The notes under the pieces: model-generated | What the model was told of the DNA's origin: nothing | The model's database searches: none | Seen by the model: only the letters and a program-made list of their open reading frames with translations | Assembly (NCBI GenBank): GCA_030390025.1 | Contig: JASTWF010000354.1 | Location: 124,001 to 188,000 of the forward strand | Length of the DNA stretch: 64,000 nucleotides | From: Squalus acanthias | Taxonomy: Eukaryota | Reading direction: 5' to 3' | Program-made: the position numbers and the translations under genes | In this document: one piece after another, positions 33,666 through 48,800 of the stretch | Layout: every line of letters starts with the position of its first letter | Position numbering within the stretch: position 1 is the first letter of the stretch

Positions 33666-36616
33666 TCAGTATCCCGTCCCCGCCTTCTCTCCGTAACCCT
33701 TAACCCCTTTTGCCTGTAGAAATATATCTAATTCCCTCTTAAATATATTTAATGAGCTGGCGTCCACTGCCCTCTGTGGCAATGAGTTCCACAGGTTCAC
33801 CACCCTCTGAGTGAAGAAATTCCCCCTCATTTCTGTCCTAAATGGTTTAGCCCTTATCCTTAAATTATGTCCTCTAGTTCTGTTCTCACCCGCCAAGGGA
33901 AACATTCCTTCTGCATCTAGTCTGTCTAGACCTGTCAGAATTTTATACACTTCTATGAGGTCCCCTCTCAATCTTCTAAACTCCAGTGTGTACATCCCTA
34001 AACTACATAGTCTCTCCTCATAGGTCAATCCCGCCATTCCTGGTATCAGCCTGGTGAATCGCCGCTGCACCCCCTCCATGGCAAGAACATCTTTCCTCAG
34101 ATGAGGCGACCAAAACTGTACACAGTACTCGAGGTGTGGTCTCACCAGTGCCCTGTACAGCTGCAGCAAGGTATCCCTGTTCCTGTATTCCAACCCTTTT
34201 GCTATGAAGGCCAGCATACTGTTTGCCTTCTTGACCGCCTGTTGCACCTGCATGCTCGCCTTCAGTGACTGGTGTACAAGAACACCCAGGTCTCTCTGTA
34301 CTTCCCCCTCTCCCAATTTATTGCCATTTAAATAATAATTTGCCCTCCCGTTCCTGCACCCAAGGTGGATAACTTCGCACTTGTCCACATTATAGTGCAT
34401 CTGCCATTTATCCGCCCAATCACCCAGTCTGTCCAAATCGCTCTGGAGCTTCCTGGTCTCCTCCTCTGAGCCCACCCCCCCTCCTAGTTTAGTGTCGTCT
34501 GCAAATTTGGAAATGCTGCATCCGACTCCCTGATCCAGGTCATTAATGTAAATTGTGAACAGCTGGGGACCCAGGACAGATCCCTGTGGTACCCCACTTG
34601 TTACTGCCTGCCATTCAGAAAATGAGCCGTTTATTCCAACTCTCTGTTTTCTATCTGACAGCCAGTTCTCTAACCACGTCAATACTTTCCCCTTTATCCC
34701 ATGAGCTTCAATTTTCCATGCTAATCTTTTATGTGGGACCTTGTCGAAGGCCTTTTGGAAGTCCAGGTACACCACATCTACTGGCTCTCCCCCATCTATT
34801 TTACCAGTTACTCCCTCAAAAAATTCCAATAGATTAGTCAAGCACGATTTACCCTTTGTAAATTCATGTTGACTCTGTCCTATCCTGTCCCCATTTGCTA
34901 AGTGCTCCGCTATTTCATCCTTAATGATGGACTCCAGCATTTTGCCCACAACTGATGTAAGGCTTACAGGTCTGTAATTACCTGCTTTTTCCCTACCCCC
35001 CTTTTTGAATAGTGGGGTAACGTTAGCTACCCTCCAATCCATGGGCACTGTTCCCGAGTCTAATGAATTCTGAAAAATCATACTTAGTGCATCCGCTATC
35101 TCTAGGGCCACCTCCTTCAGTACCCTAGGATGCATGTTATCAGGCCCTGGAGATTTGTCCGCCTTCAATCCCTTTAGCTTCCTTAACACCATATCCTTAG
35201 AGATATTGATTTGCGTCAGTTCCTCCTTTGCCAATGTCCCTATTTTTCCCGATATCCCAGGGAGGTTTTTTGTGTCTTCCTTCGTAAAGACTGACCCAAA
35301 GTATGCATTTAGTTGGTCTGCCATTTCCTTATTTCCCGTTATATATTCCCCCGTATCTGACTGCAATGGACCAACTTTGGTTTTCACCAGTCTTTTCCTC
35401 TTGATATACTTATAAAAGCTTTTGGAGTTAGTTTTTATATTTTCCGCCAGCTTGCTTTCGTAAGCTATTTTGCCCCTCTTGATTAAGCCCTTTGTCCTCC
35501 TTTGCTCTATCTTAAACTGTTCCCAATCTTCCGCTCTGGCGCTTTTTTTGGCTATTTTATACGCCCTATCTTTGGATTTTATGCTGTCTCTAATTTCCCC
35601 TGTTATCCACGGTTGAGTCACCTTTTTAGATTTCCTTTTATGCCAGATTGTATAAACAATTTTTGCAATTTTGTCATTCTAACTTTAAATGCTTGCCATT
35701 GTTTATCTACCTCCAGTCCTCCCAGGAACGTTGTCCAATCAGACCTACTCAGTTCCCGTCTAATGGCATCATAATTCCACTTGTTTAAATTCAGGACCTT
35801 AGTCTCTGAGTCAATTTCTTCGCTCTCCATTTCGAGTGAGAAATCGATCATGTTATGATCGCTCTGACCCAAGGGTCCCCGTACAACAAGATTACTAATT
35901 AGTCCCTTCTCATTGCACAGTACCCAGTCCAATATAGCCTGTTCCCGAGTTGGTTCCGCGACATATTGATCCAGATAACCATCCCTTAAACACTCAAGGA
36001 ATTACTCCTCCTCATTATTTTTACTGATTAGGCTAGTCCAATCTATATGTAAGTTAAAGTCACCTATGATGACAGCTGTGCTCTTATTGCACGCTTCTCT
36101 AATTTCCCTCGTGATGCCCTCCCCAACCTCTATTTTACTATTTGGAGGCCTATATACCACTCCTATTAATGTTTTTCGCCCCTCGCTATTTCTTAGCTCC
36201 ACCCATATAGATTCTGTATTAACTGAGTTAATATCCTTCCTTTCAATTGCATTTATCCCCTCTTTTACCAGCAATACTACCCCTCCTCCCTTTCTTTTTT
36301 GTCGATCCTTCCTAAATACTGAATACCCCTGTATGTTAAGCTCCCAGCCCTGCTCACCCTGCAACCATGTTTCTGTAATCCCAATTGGATCATAATTATT
36401 AACCTCTATTTCCACAGCTAATTCATCTACCTTGTTCCTGATGCTTCTCGCATTAAGGTATAAAACCCTCAGGCTTTTTTTATGCTCACATTTTTTATGA
36501 ATTAGTTTGGCCCTTTGTTTTTTGTTCCTCACCCTTTTACCATTTATTTCTGTCTGCCTTTCACTTTCCTCTATTTCACTACAAAGGTTTCTAGCCCCCT
36601 GCCATACTAGTTTAAA
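33666..36616 (-). pseudogene. CR1 ORF2 (APE endonuclease + reverse transcriptase), disrupted
   Basis: Joins the ORF-track pieces 36002-36532 (LYLNARS, GITETW, GDFN), 35618-35932 (LDWVL, SDH) and 33666-35621 (RT). There is an in-frame TAA at 36002-36004 (EEE*FLECLRDGYLDQYV) and an inferred 1-bp deletion near 35650. The frame is open upstream to 36631. Confidence 0.93.
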
Positions 36617-36855
36617 TGCTCCCGAACTGCTTTATCAAAAATTACCCTGAGAACATCAGTTCCATCTTTGCACAGGTGTAGACCGTCCCTTTTGTATAGG
36701 TCACACCTAACACAAAACTGGTTCCAATGCCTCAAAAATTTAAAACCCTCCCTCTTACACCACTGCTCAAGCCACGTATTTAGCCTAACTATCCTGTTCT
36801 CTGTACTCTTACTAGCACGTGGCACTGGTAGTAATCCAGAGATTACTACCTTCGA
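36607..36855 (-). pseudogene. CR1 ORF1 C-terminal fragment, SGNH/GDSL esterase-like domain
   Basis: Translation SKVVISGLLPVPRAS...LNTWLEQWCKREGFKFL...LYKRDGLHL...VREHLN*. DGLH matches the SGNH block V DxxH motif known from CR1-clade ORF1 esterases. Truncated by satellite at 36855. Confidence 0.85.
36610..36616 (-). promoter_or_regulatory. Candidate -1 ribosomal frameshift slippery site U_UUA_AAC at the ORF1/ORF2 junction
   Basis: The - strand reads CAT TTA AAC TAG in the ORF1 frame. The -1 frame reads TTT AAA CTA GTA TGG... and is continuous with ORF2. Confidence 0.6.
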
Positions 36856-39800
36856 TTATATCACACTGCAATTATATCACTCTGCAATTATATCACAATA
36901 TAATTTTATCAAACTGCAATTATATCACACTGCAATTATATCACAATACAATTATATCACAATACAATTATATCACGCTGCAATTATATCACGCTGCAAT
37001 TATATCACATTGCAATTATATCACACTGCAATTATATCACAATACAATTATATCACACTACAATTATATCACACTGCAATTATATCACAAGACAATTACA
37101 TCACACTGCAATTATATCATAATACAATTATACCACACTGCAATTGTATCACACTGCAATTATATCACAATACAATTATATCACAGTACTATTATATCAC
37201 ACTGCAATTATATCACAATACAATTGTATCACAATGCAATTATATCACACTGCAATTATATCACAATACAATTATATCACAATACAATTATATCACGCTG
37301 CAATTATATCACGCTGCAATGATATCACACTGCAATTATATCACACTGCAATTATATCGCAATACAATTATATCATACTACAATTATATCAGACTGCAAT
37401 TATATCACAATGCAATTATATCTTAAATACAATTGTATCACTCTACAATTATATCACACTGCAATTATTTCACACTGCAATTATATCACAATACAATTAT
37501 ATCACCCTGCAATTATATCACACTACAATTATATCACACTGCAATTATATCACACTACAATTATATAACACTGCAATTATATCACACTGCAATTATATCA
37601 CACTACAATTATATCACAGTACAATTATATGACACTGCAATTATATCACACTACAATTATATCACACTGCAATTATATCACAATACAATTATATCACACT
37701 GCAATTATATCACACGACAATATCACACTGTAATTATATCACACTGCAATTATTTCACACTACAATTATATCACACTGCAATTATATCACAATACAATTA
37801 TATAACATTACAATTGTATCACACTGCAATTATATCACACTGCAATTATATCACGCTGCGATTATATCACACTACAATTATATCACACTGCAATTATATT
37901 TCACTACAATTATATCACACTGCAATTATATCACACTACAATTATATCACGCTACAATTATATCACACTGCAATTATATCACACTGCAATTATATCACAC
38001 TACAATAATATCACACTGCAATTATATCACAATACAATTATATCTCACTAGAATTATATCACACTGCAATTATATCACACTGCAATATCACACTGCAATT
38101 ATATCAAACGACAATTATATCACAATACAATTATATCACACTGCAATTATATCATACGACAATTATATCACAATACAATCATATCACACTTCAATTATAT
38201 CACAATACAATTATATCACACTACAATTATATCACACTACAGTTATATCACACTACAATTATGTCACACTACAATTATATCACACTGCAATTATTTCACG
38301 CGACAATTATATCACACTACAGTTATATCACACTACAATTATGTCACACTACAATTATATCACACTGCAATTATTTCACACTACAATTATATCACACTGC
38401 AATTATATCACAATACAATTATTTAACATTACAATTATATCACACTGCAATTATATCACACTACAATATCACACTGTAATTATATCACACTGCAATTATT
38501 TCACACTACAATTATATCACACTGCAATTATATCACAATACAATTATATAAAATTACAATTATATCACACTACAATTATATCACACTACAATTATATTTC
38601 ACTACAATTATATCACACTGCAATTATATCACACTACAATTATGTCACACTACAATTATATCACACTGCAATTATATCATGCTACAATTATATCACAATA
38701 CAATTATATCACACTACAATTATATCACAATTCAGTTATATCACACAGCAATTGTATCGCAATACAATTAAATCACAATACAATTATAACACACTGCAAT
38801 TATATCACACTACAATTATATCACACTACAATTATATCACAATACAATTAAATCACAATACAATTACATCACCCTACAATTATATCACGCTACAATTATA
38901 TCACTCTACAATTATATCACAATACAATTATATCACGCTGCAATTATATCACGCTGCAATTATGTCACACTGCAATTATACCACACTGCAATTATATCAC
39001 AATACAATTATATCACACTACAATTATATCACACTGCAATTATATCACACTGCAATAATATCACAATACAATTATATCACTCCACAATTATATCACACTG
39101 CAATTATATCACAAGACAATTATATCACGCTGCAATTATATCACACTGCAATTATATCATAATACAATTATATCACACTGCAATTATATCACACTGCAAT
39201 TATATCACGCTGCAATGATATCTCACTGCAATTATATCACACTGCAATTATAACACTCTACAATTATATCACACTGCAATGATTTCACACTGCAATTATA
39301 TCACAATACAATTATATCACAGTACAATTATATCAAACTGCAATTATATCACAATTGAATTGTATCACAATGCAATTATATCACACTGCAATTATATCAC
39401 AATACAATTATATCACAATACAATTATATCACGCTGCAATTATATCACGCTGCAATGATATCTCACTGCAATTATATCACACTGCAATTATAACACTCTA
39501 CAATTATATCACACTGCAATGATTTCACACTGCAATTATATCATAATACAATTATATCACACTGCAATTATATCACACTACAATTATATCACACTACAAT
39601 TATATCACACTACAATTATATAACACTGCAATTATATCACACCGCAATTATATCACACTACAATTATATCACACTACAATTATATCACAATACAATTATA
39701 TGACACTGCAATTATGTCACACTACAATTATATCACACTGCAATTATATCATAATACAATTATATCACACTGCAATTATAACACACTACAATTATATCAC

Positions 39801-42800
39801 ACTGCAATTATATCATTTTACAATTACATCACTCTACAATTATATCACACTGCAATTATTTCACACAGCAATTATATCATAATACAATTATGTAACACTG
39901 CAATTATATCATTTTACAATTGTATCACACTACAATTATATAACACTGCAATTATATCACACTGCAATTATATCACAATACAATTATATCACACTACAAT
40001 TAAATCACACTACAATTAAATCACACTACAATTATATCACTCTACAATTATATCACAATACAATTATATCACACTACAATTAAATCACACTACAATTAAA
40101 TCACACTACAAATATATCACTCTACAATTATATCACAATACAATTATATCACACTACAATTATTTCACACTGCAATTCTATCACACTACAATTATATCAC
40201 AATACAATTATATCACGCTACAATTATATCACAATAGAATTATATCACGCTACAATTATATCACTCCACAATTATATCACAATACAATTATATAACAATA
40301 CAATTATATCACACTACAATTATATCACAATAAAATTATATCACGCTACAATTATATCACACTACAATTATATCACAATACAATTATATCACGCTACAAT
40401 TATATCACGCTACAATTATATCACAATACAATTATATCACAATACAATTATTTCACGCTACAATTATATCACAATACAATTATATCACAATACAATTATA
40501 TCTCGCTGCAATTATATCACAATACAATTATATAACATTACAATTATATCACACTGCAATTATATTACACTACAATATCACACTGCAATTATATCACACT
40601 GCAATTATTTCACAATACAATTATATCATACTACAATTATATCACACAACAATTATATCACACAACAATTATATCACACAACAATTATATCACACTACAA
40701 TTATATCACGCTACAATTATATCACAATACAATTATATCACAATACAATTATTTCACGCTACAATTATATCACAATACAATTATATCACAATACAATTAT
40801 ATCTCGCTGCAATTATATCACAATACAATTATATAACATTACAATTATATCACACTGCAATTATATCACGCTGCAATGATATCTCACTGCAATTATATCA
40901 CACTGCAATTATAACACTCTACAATTATATCACACTTCAATGATTTCACACTGCAATTATATCATAATACAATTATATCACACTGCAATTATATCACACT
41001 ACAATTATATCACACTACAATTATATCACACTACAATTATATAACACTGCAATTATATCACACCGCAATTATATCACACTACAATTATATCACACTACAA
41101 TTATATCACAATACAATTATATGACACTGCAATTATGTCACACTACAATTATATCACACTGCAATTATATCATAATACAATTATATCACACTGCAATTAT
41201 ATCACACTACAATTATATCACACTGCAATTATATCATTTTACAATTATATCACTCTACAATTATATCACACTGCAATTATTTCACACAGCAATTATATCA
41301 TAATACAATTATGTAACACTGCAATTATATCATTTTACAGTTGTATCACACTACAATTATATAACACTGCAATTATATCACACTGCAATTATATCACAAT
41401 ACAATTATATCACACTACAATTAAATCACACTACAATTAAATCACACTACAATTATATCACTCTACAATTATATCACAATACAATTATATCACACTACAA
41501 TTAAATCACACTACAATTAAATCACACTACAAATATATCACTCTACAATTATATCACAATACAATTATATCACACTACAATTATTTCACACTGCAATTCT
41601 ATCACACTACAATTATATCACAATTCAATTATATCACGCTACAATTATATCACAATAGAATTATATCCCGCTACAATTATATCACTCCACAATTATATCA
41701 CAATACAATTATATAACAATACAATTATATCACACTACAATTATATCACAATAAAATTATATCACGCTACAATTATATCACACTACAATTATATCACAAT
41801 ACAATTATATCACGCTACAATTATATCACGCTACAATTATATCACAATACAATTATATCACAATACAATTATTTCACGCTACAATTATATCACAATACAA
41901 TTATATCACAATACAATTATATCTCGCTGCAATTATATCACAATACAATTATATAACATTACAATTATATCACACTGCAATTATATTACACTACAATATC
42001 ACACTGCAATTATATCACACTGCAATTATTTCACAATACAATTATATCACACTGCAATTATATCACACGACAATTATATCACACTACAATTATATCACAC
42101 TACAATTATGTCACACTACAATTATATCACACTACAATTATATCACACTACAATTATATCACACTGCAATTATATCACACTACAATTATATAACAATACA
42201 AATATATCACACCACAATTATATCAAATATACATTTATATCACACTGCAATTATATCGCTATACAATTAAATCACAATACAATTACATCACCCTACAATT
42301 ATATCACACTACAATTATATCACAATACAATTATATCACAATAGAATTATATCACGCTACAATTATATCACTCTACAATTATATCACAATACAATTATAT
42401 CACACTGCAATTATATCACGCTGCAATTATATCACACTGCAATTATATCACACTGCAATTATATCACAATACAATTATATCACTCCACAATTATATCACG
42501 CTGCAATGATATCACAAGACAATTATATCACACTGCAATTATATCACACTGCAATTATATCATAATACAATTATATCACACTGCAATTATATCACACTGC
42601 AATTATATCACAATACAATTATATCACAGTACAATTATATCAAACAGCAATTATATCACAATAGAATTGTATCACAATGCAATTATATCACACTGCAATT
42701 ATATCACAATACAATTAGATCACAATACAATTATATCACGCTGCAATTATATCACGCTGCAATTATATCACACTGCAATTATATCACACTGCAATTATAT

Positions 42801-45800
42801 CACACTGCAATTATATCACAATACAATTATATCACACTATAATTATATCACAATACAACTGTATGACACTGCAATTATGTCACACTACAATTATATCACG
42901 CTGCAATTATATCATAATACAATTATATCACACTGCAATTATATCACACTACAATTAAATCACACTACAATTATATCATTTTACAATTATATCACTCTAC
43001 AATTATATCACACTGCAATTATTTCACACTGCAATTATATCATAATACAATTATATCACACTGCAATTATATCACACTGTAATTATATCACAATACAATT
43101 ATATCACAGTACAATTATATCAAACAGCAATTATATCACAATAGAATTGTATCACAATGCAATTATATCACAATACAATTATATCACAATACAATTATAT
43201 CACGCTGCAATTATATCACGCTGCAATTATATCACACTGCAATTATATCACACTGCAATTATATCGCAATACAAATATATCACACTGCAATTATATCTCA
43301 CTGCAATTATATCACAATGCAATTATATCACTCTACAATTATATCACACTGCAATTATTTCACACTGCAATTATATCATAATACAATTATATCACACTAC
43401 AATTATATCACACTACAATTATATAACACTGCAATTATATCACACTATAATTATATCACAATACAACTATATGACACTGCAATTATGTCACACTACAATT
43501 ATATCACACTGCAATTATATCATAATACAATTATATCACACTGCAATTATATCACACTACAATTAAATCACACGACAATTATATCATTTTACAATTATAT
43601 CACTCTACAATTATATCACACTGCAATTATTTCACACTGCAATTATATCATAATACAATTATATCACACTGCAATTATATTACACTACAATTATATCACA
43701 CTACAATTATATCACACTACAATTATATCACACTACAATGATATAACACTGCAATTATATCACACTGCAATTATATCACAATACAATTATATCACACTAC
43801 AATTAAATCACACTACAATTAAATCACACTACAATTATTTCACTCTACAATTATATCACAATACAATTATATCAAACTACAATTAAATCACACTACAATT
43901 AAATCACACTACAATAATATCACTCTACAATTATATCACACTACAATTATTTCACACTGCAATTATATCACGCTACAATTATATCACAATACAATTATAT
44001 CACGCTACAATTATATCACAATACAATTATATCACACTACAATTATATCACACTATAATTATATCACAATACAATTATATCACAATAGAATTATATCACA
44101 CTACAATTATATCACTCTACAATTATATCACAATACAATTATAACACAATACAATTATATCACACTACAATTATATCACAATAAAATTATATCACGCTAC
44201 AATTGTATCACACTACAATTATATCACAATACAATTATATCACGCTACAATTATATCACGCTACAATTATATCACAATACAATTATATCACAATACAATT
44301 ATATCACAATTCAATTACATCACAATACAATTATATCACGCTACAATTATATCACAATACAATTATATAACATTACAATTATATCACACTGCAATTATAT
44401 GACACTACAATATCACACTGCAATTATATCACACTGCATTTATTTCACAATACAATTATATCATACTACAATTATATCACACAACAATTATATCACACAA
44501 TTATATCACACAACAATTATATCACACTACAATTATATCACACTGCAATTATATCACAATACAATTATATCACGCTACAATTATTTCACAATACAATTAT
44601 ATCTCACTACAACTATATCACACTACAATTATATCACACTGCAATTATATCACAATACAATTATATAAAAATACAATTATATCACACTACAATTAAAGCA
44701 CACTGCAATTATATCACGATACAATTATATCACAATACCATTATATCACACTGCAATTATATCACAATACAATTTGAAAACAATCCAATTATATCACACT
44801 GCAATTATAACACACTGCAATTGTATCACAATACAATTATATCACACTGCAATTATATCACACTGCAATTATATCACATTACAATTATATCACACTGCAA
44901 TTATATCACAATACAATTATATCACACTACAATTATATCACACTGCAATTATATCACACTGCAATATCACACTGCAATTATATCACACGACAATTATATC
45001 ACAATACATTTATATCACACTGCAATTATATCACACGACTATTATATCACAATACAATTATATCACACTGCAATTATATCACAATACAATTATATCACAC
45101 TGCAATTATATCACACTACAATTATGTCACGCTACAATTATATCACACTGCAATTATTTCACACTACAATTATATCACACTGCAATTATATCATAATACA
45201 ATTATATCACACTGCAATTATATCACACTACAATTATGTCACGCTACAATTATATCACACTGCAATTATTTCACACTACAATTATATCACACTGCAATTA
45301 TATCATAATACAATTATATCACACTTCAATTATATCACACTACAATTATATCACACTACAATTATATCACACTACAATTATATCACACTACAATGATATA
45401 ACACTGCAATTATATCACACTGCAATTATATCACAATACAATTATATCACACTGCAATTAAATAAAACTACAATTAAATCACACTACAATTATATCACTC
45501 TACAATTATATCACAATACAATTATATCAAACTACAATTAAATCACACTGCAATTAAATCACACTACAATAATATCACTCTACAATTATATCACACTACA
45601 ATTATTTCACACTGCAATTATATCACACTACAATTATATCACAATACAATTATATCACGCTACAATTATATCACAATACAATTATATCACACTACAATTA
45701 TATCACACTATAATTATATCACAATACAATTATATCACAATAGAATTATATCACGCTACAATTATATCACTCTACAATTATATCACAATACAATTATAAC

Positions 45801-48800
45801 ACAATACAATTATATCACACTACAATTATATCACAATAAAATTATATCACGCTACAATTATATCACACTACAATTATATCACAATACAATTATATCACGC
45901 TACAATTATATCACGCTACAATTATATCACAATACAATTATATCACAATACAATTATATCACAAGTCAGTTACATCACAATACAATTATATCACGCTACA
46001 ATTATATCACAATACAATTATATAACATTACAATTATATCACACTGCAATTATATTACACTACAATATCACACTGCAATTATATCACGCTGCATTTATTT
46101 CACAATACAATTATATCATACTACAATTATATCACACAACAATTATATCACACAACAATTATATCACACAACAATTATATCACACTACAATTATATCACA
46201 CTGCAATTATATCACAATACAATTATATCACGCTACAATTATTTCACAATACAATTATATCACACTACAACTATATCACACTACAATTATATCACACTGC
46301 AATTATATCACAATACAATTATATAAAAATACAATTATATCACACTACAATTAAAGCACACTGCAATTATATCACGATACAATTATATCACAATACCATT
46401 ATATCACACTGCAATTATATCACAATACAATTTGAAAACAATCCAATTAAATCACACTACAATTATATCACACTACAATTATATCACACTACAATTATAT
46501 CACAATACAATTATATTACGCTACAATTATATCACGCTTCAATTATATCACGCTACAATTATATCACACTGCAATTATATCACACTGCAATTATGTCACA
46601 CTACAATTATATCACGATACAATTATATTGCAATACAATTATATCACAATACAATTATATCACACTACAATTATATCACACGACAATTATATAATACAAA
46701 TATATCACACTTCAATTATATCACAATACAATTACATCACACTACAATTATATCACAATACAATTACATCACAATACAATTATATCACACTACAATTATA
46801 TCACACTGCAATTACATCACAATACAATTATATCACACTACAATTATATCACACTGCAATTATATCACAATACAATTATATCACAATACAATTATATCAC
46901 ACTACAATTATATCAGAATACAATTATATCACACTACAAATATATCACTCTACAATTATATCACACTACAATTATATCAGAATACAATTATATCACGCTG
47001 CAATTATATCACAATACAATTATATCACATTACAATTATATCACACTACAATTATATCACAATACAATTATATCACTCTACAATTATATCACACTACAAT
47101 TATATCACAATACAATTATATCACAATACAATTATATCACACTACAATTATATCACACTACAATTATATCACACTACAATTATATCACAATACAATTATA
47201 TCACACTACAATTATATCACACTACAATTATATCACACTACAATTATATCACAATACAATTATATAACATTACAATTATATCACACTGCGATTATATCAC
47301 ACTACAATATCACACTGCAATTAGATCACACTGCAATTATTTCACAATACAATTATATCATACTACAATTATATCACACAACAATTATATCACACAACAA
47401 TTATATCACACAACAATTATATCACACTACAATTATATCACACTGCAATTATATCACAATACAATTATATAACAATACAATTATATCACAATACAATTAT
47501 ATCACAATACAATTATATCACACTACAATAATGCCACACTACAATTATATCACAATACAATTATATCACACTACAATTATATCACAATTCAGTTATATCA
47601 CACAGCAATTTTATCGCAATAAAATTAAATCACAATACAATTATAACACACTGCAATTATATCACACTACAATTATATCACACTACAATTATATCACGAT
47701 ACAATTATATCACACTGCAATTATAACACACTGCAATTGTATCACAATACAATTATATCACAATACAATTATATCACACTACAATTACATCACACTACAA
47801 TAATATCACACTGCAATTGTATCACACTGCAATTGTATCACAATACAATTATATCACACTACAATTATGTCACACTACAATTATATCACACTGCAATGAT
47901 ATCACACTGCAATGATATCACACTGCAAATATATCACAATACAATTATATCACACTGCAATTATATCACACTGCAATTATATCACATTACAATTATATCA
48001 CACTGCAATTATATCACAATACAATTATATCACACTACAATTATATCACACTGCAATTATATCACACTGCAATATCACACTGCAATTATATCACACGACA
48101 ATTATATCACAATACAATTATATCACACTGCAATTATATCACACGACTATTATATCACAATACAATTATATCACACTGCAATTATATCACAATACAATTA
48201 TATCACACTGCAATTATATCACACTACAATTATGTCACGCTACAATTATATCACACTGCAATTATTTCACAATACAATTATATCACACTGCAATTTTATC
48301 ATAATACAATTATATCACACTGCAATTATATCACACTACAATTATATCACACTTCAATGATATCACACTGCAATGATATCACACTGCAAATATATCACAA
48401 TACAATTATATCACACTGCAATTATATCACACTGCAATTATATCACATTACAATTATATCACACTGCAATTATATCACAATACAATTATATCACACTACA
48501 ATTATATCACACTGCAATTATATCACACTGCAATATCACACTGCAATTATATCACACGACAATTATATCACAATACAATTATATCACACTGCAATTATAT
48601 CACACGACTATTATATCACAATACAATTATATCACACTGCAATTATATCACAATACAATTATATCACACTGCAATTATATCACACTACAATTATGTCACG
48701 CTACAATTATATCATACTGCAATTATTTCACACTACAATTATATCACACTGCAATTATATCATAATACAATTATATCACACTGCAATTATATCACACTAC

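Larger units (their letters stand above)
33564..36855 (-). mobile_element. CR1-clade non-LTR retrotransposon (LINE), 5'-truncated within ORF1; resembles elasmobranch HER1-type CR1
   Basis: On the - strand: ORF1 SGNH fragment, APE endonuclease, RT (LDFQKAFDKVPH, SGVPQGSVLGP, FADDTKL), CR1-type C-terminus (RPHLEYCVQFWSP, RTRGH, FFTQRVVNLWNSLP), a 3' UTR of about 100 bp and an 8-bp tandem tail. Flanked by ATTATA on both sides. The clade call is firm; the HER1 resemblance is from recollection of the 3' tail. Confidence 0.96.

Noticed and set aside
33811..37426. + strand ORFs overlapping the LINE (33811, 34586, 35134, 35502, 36066, 36668, 36819)
   Set aside because: Antisense shadows of CR1 coding sequence or LINE-satellite read-through, with no recognisable domains.
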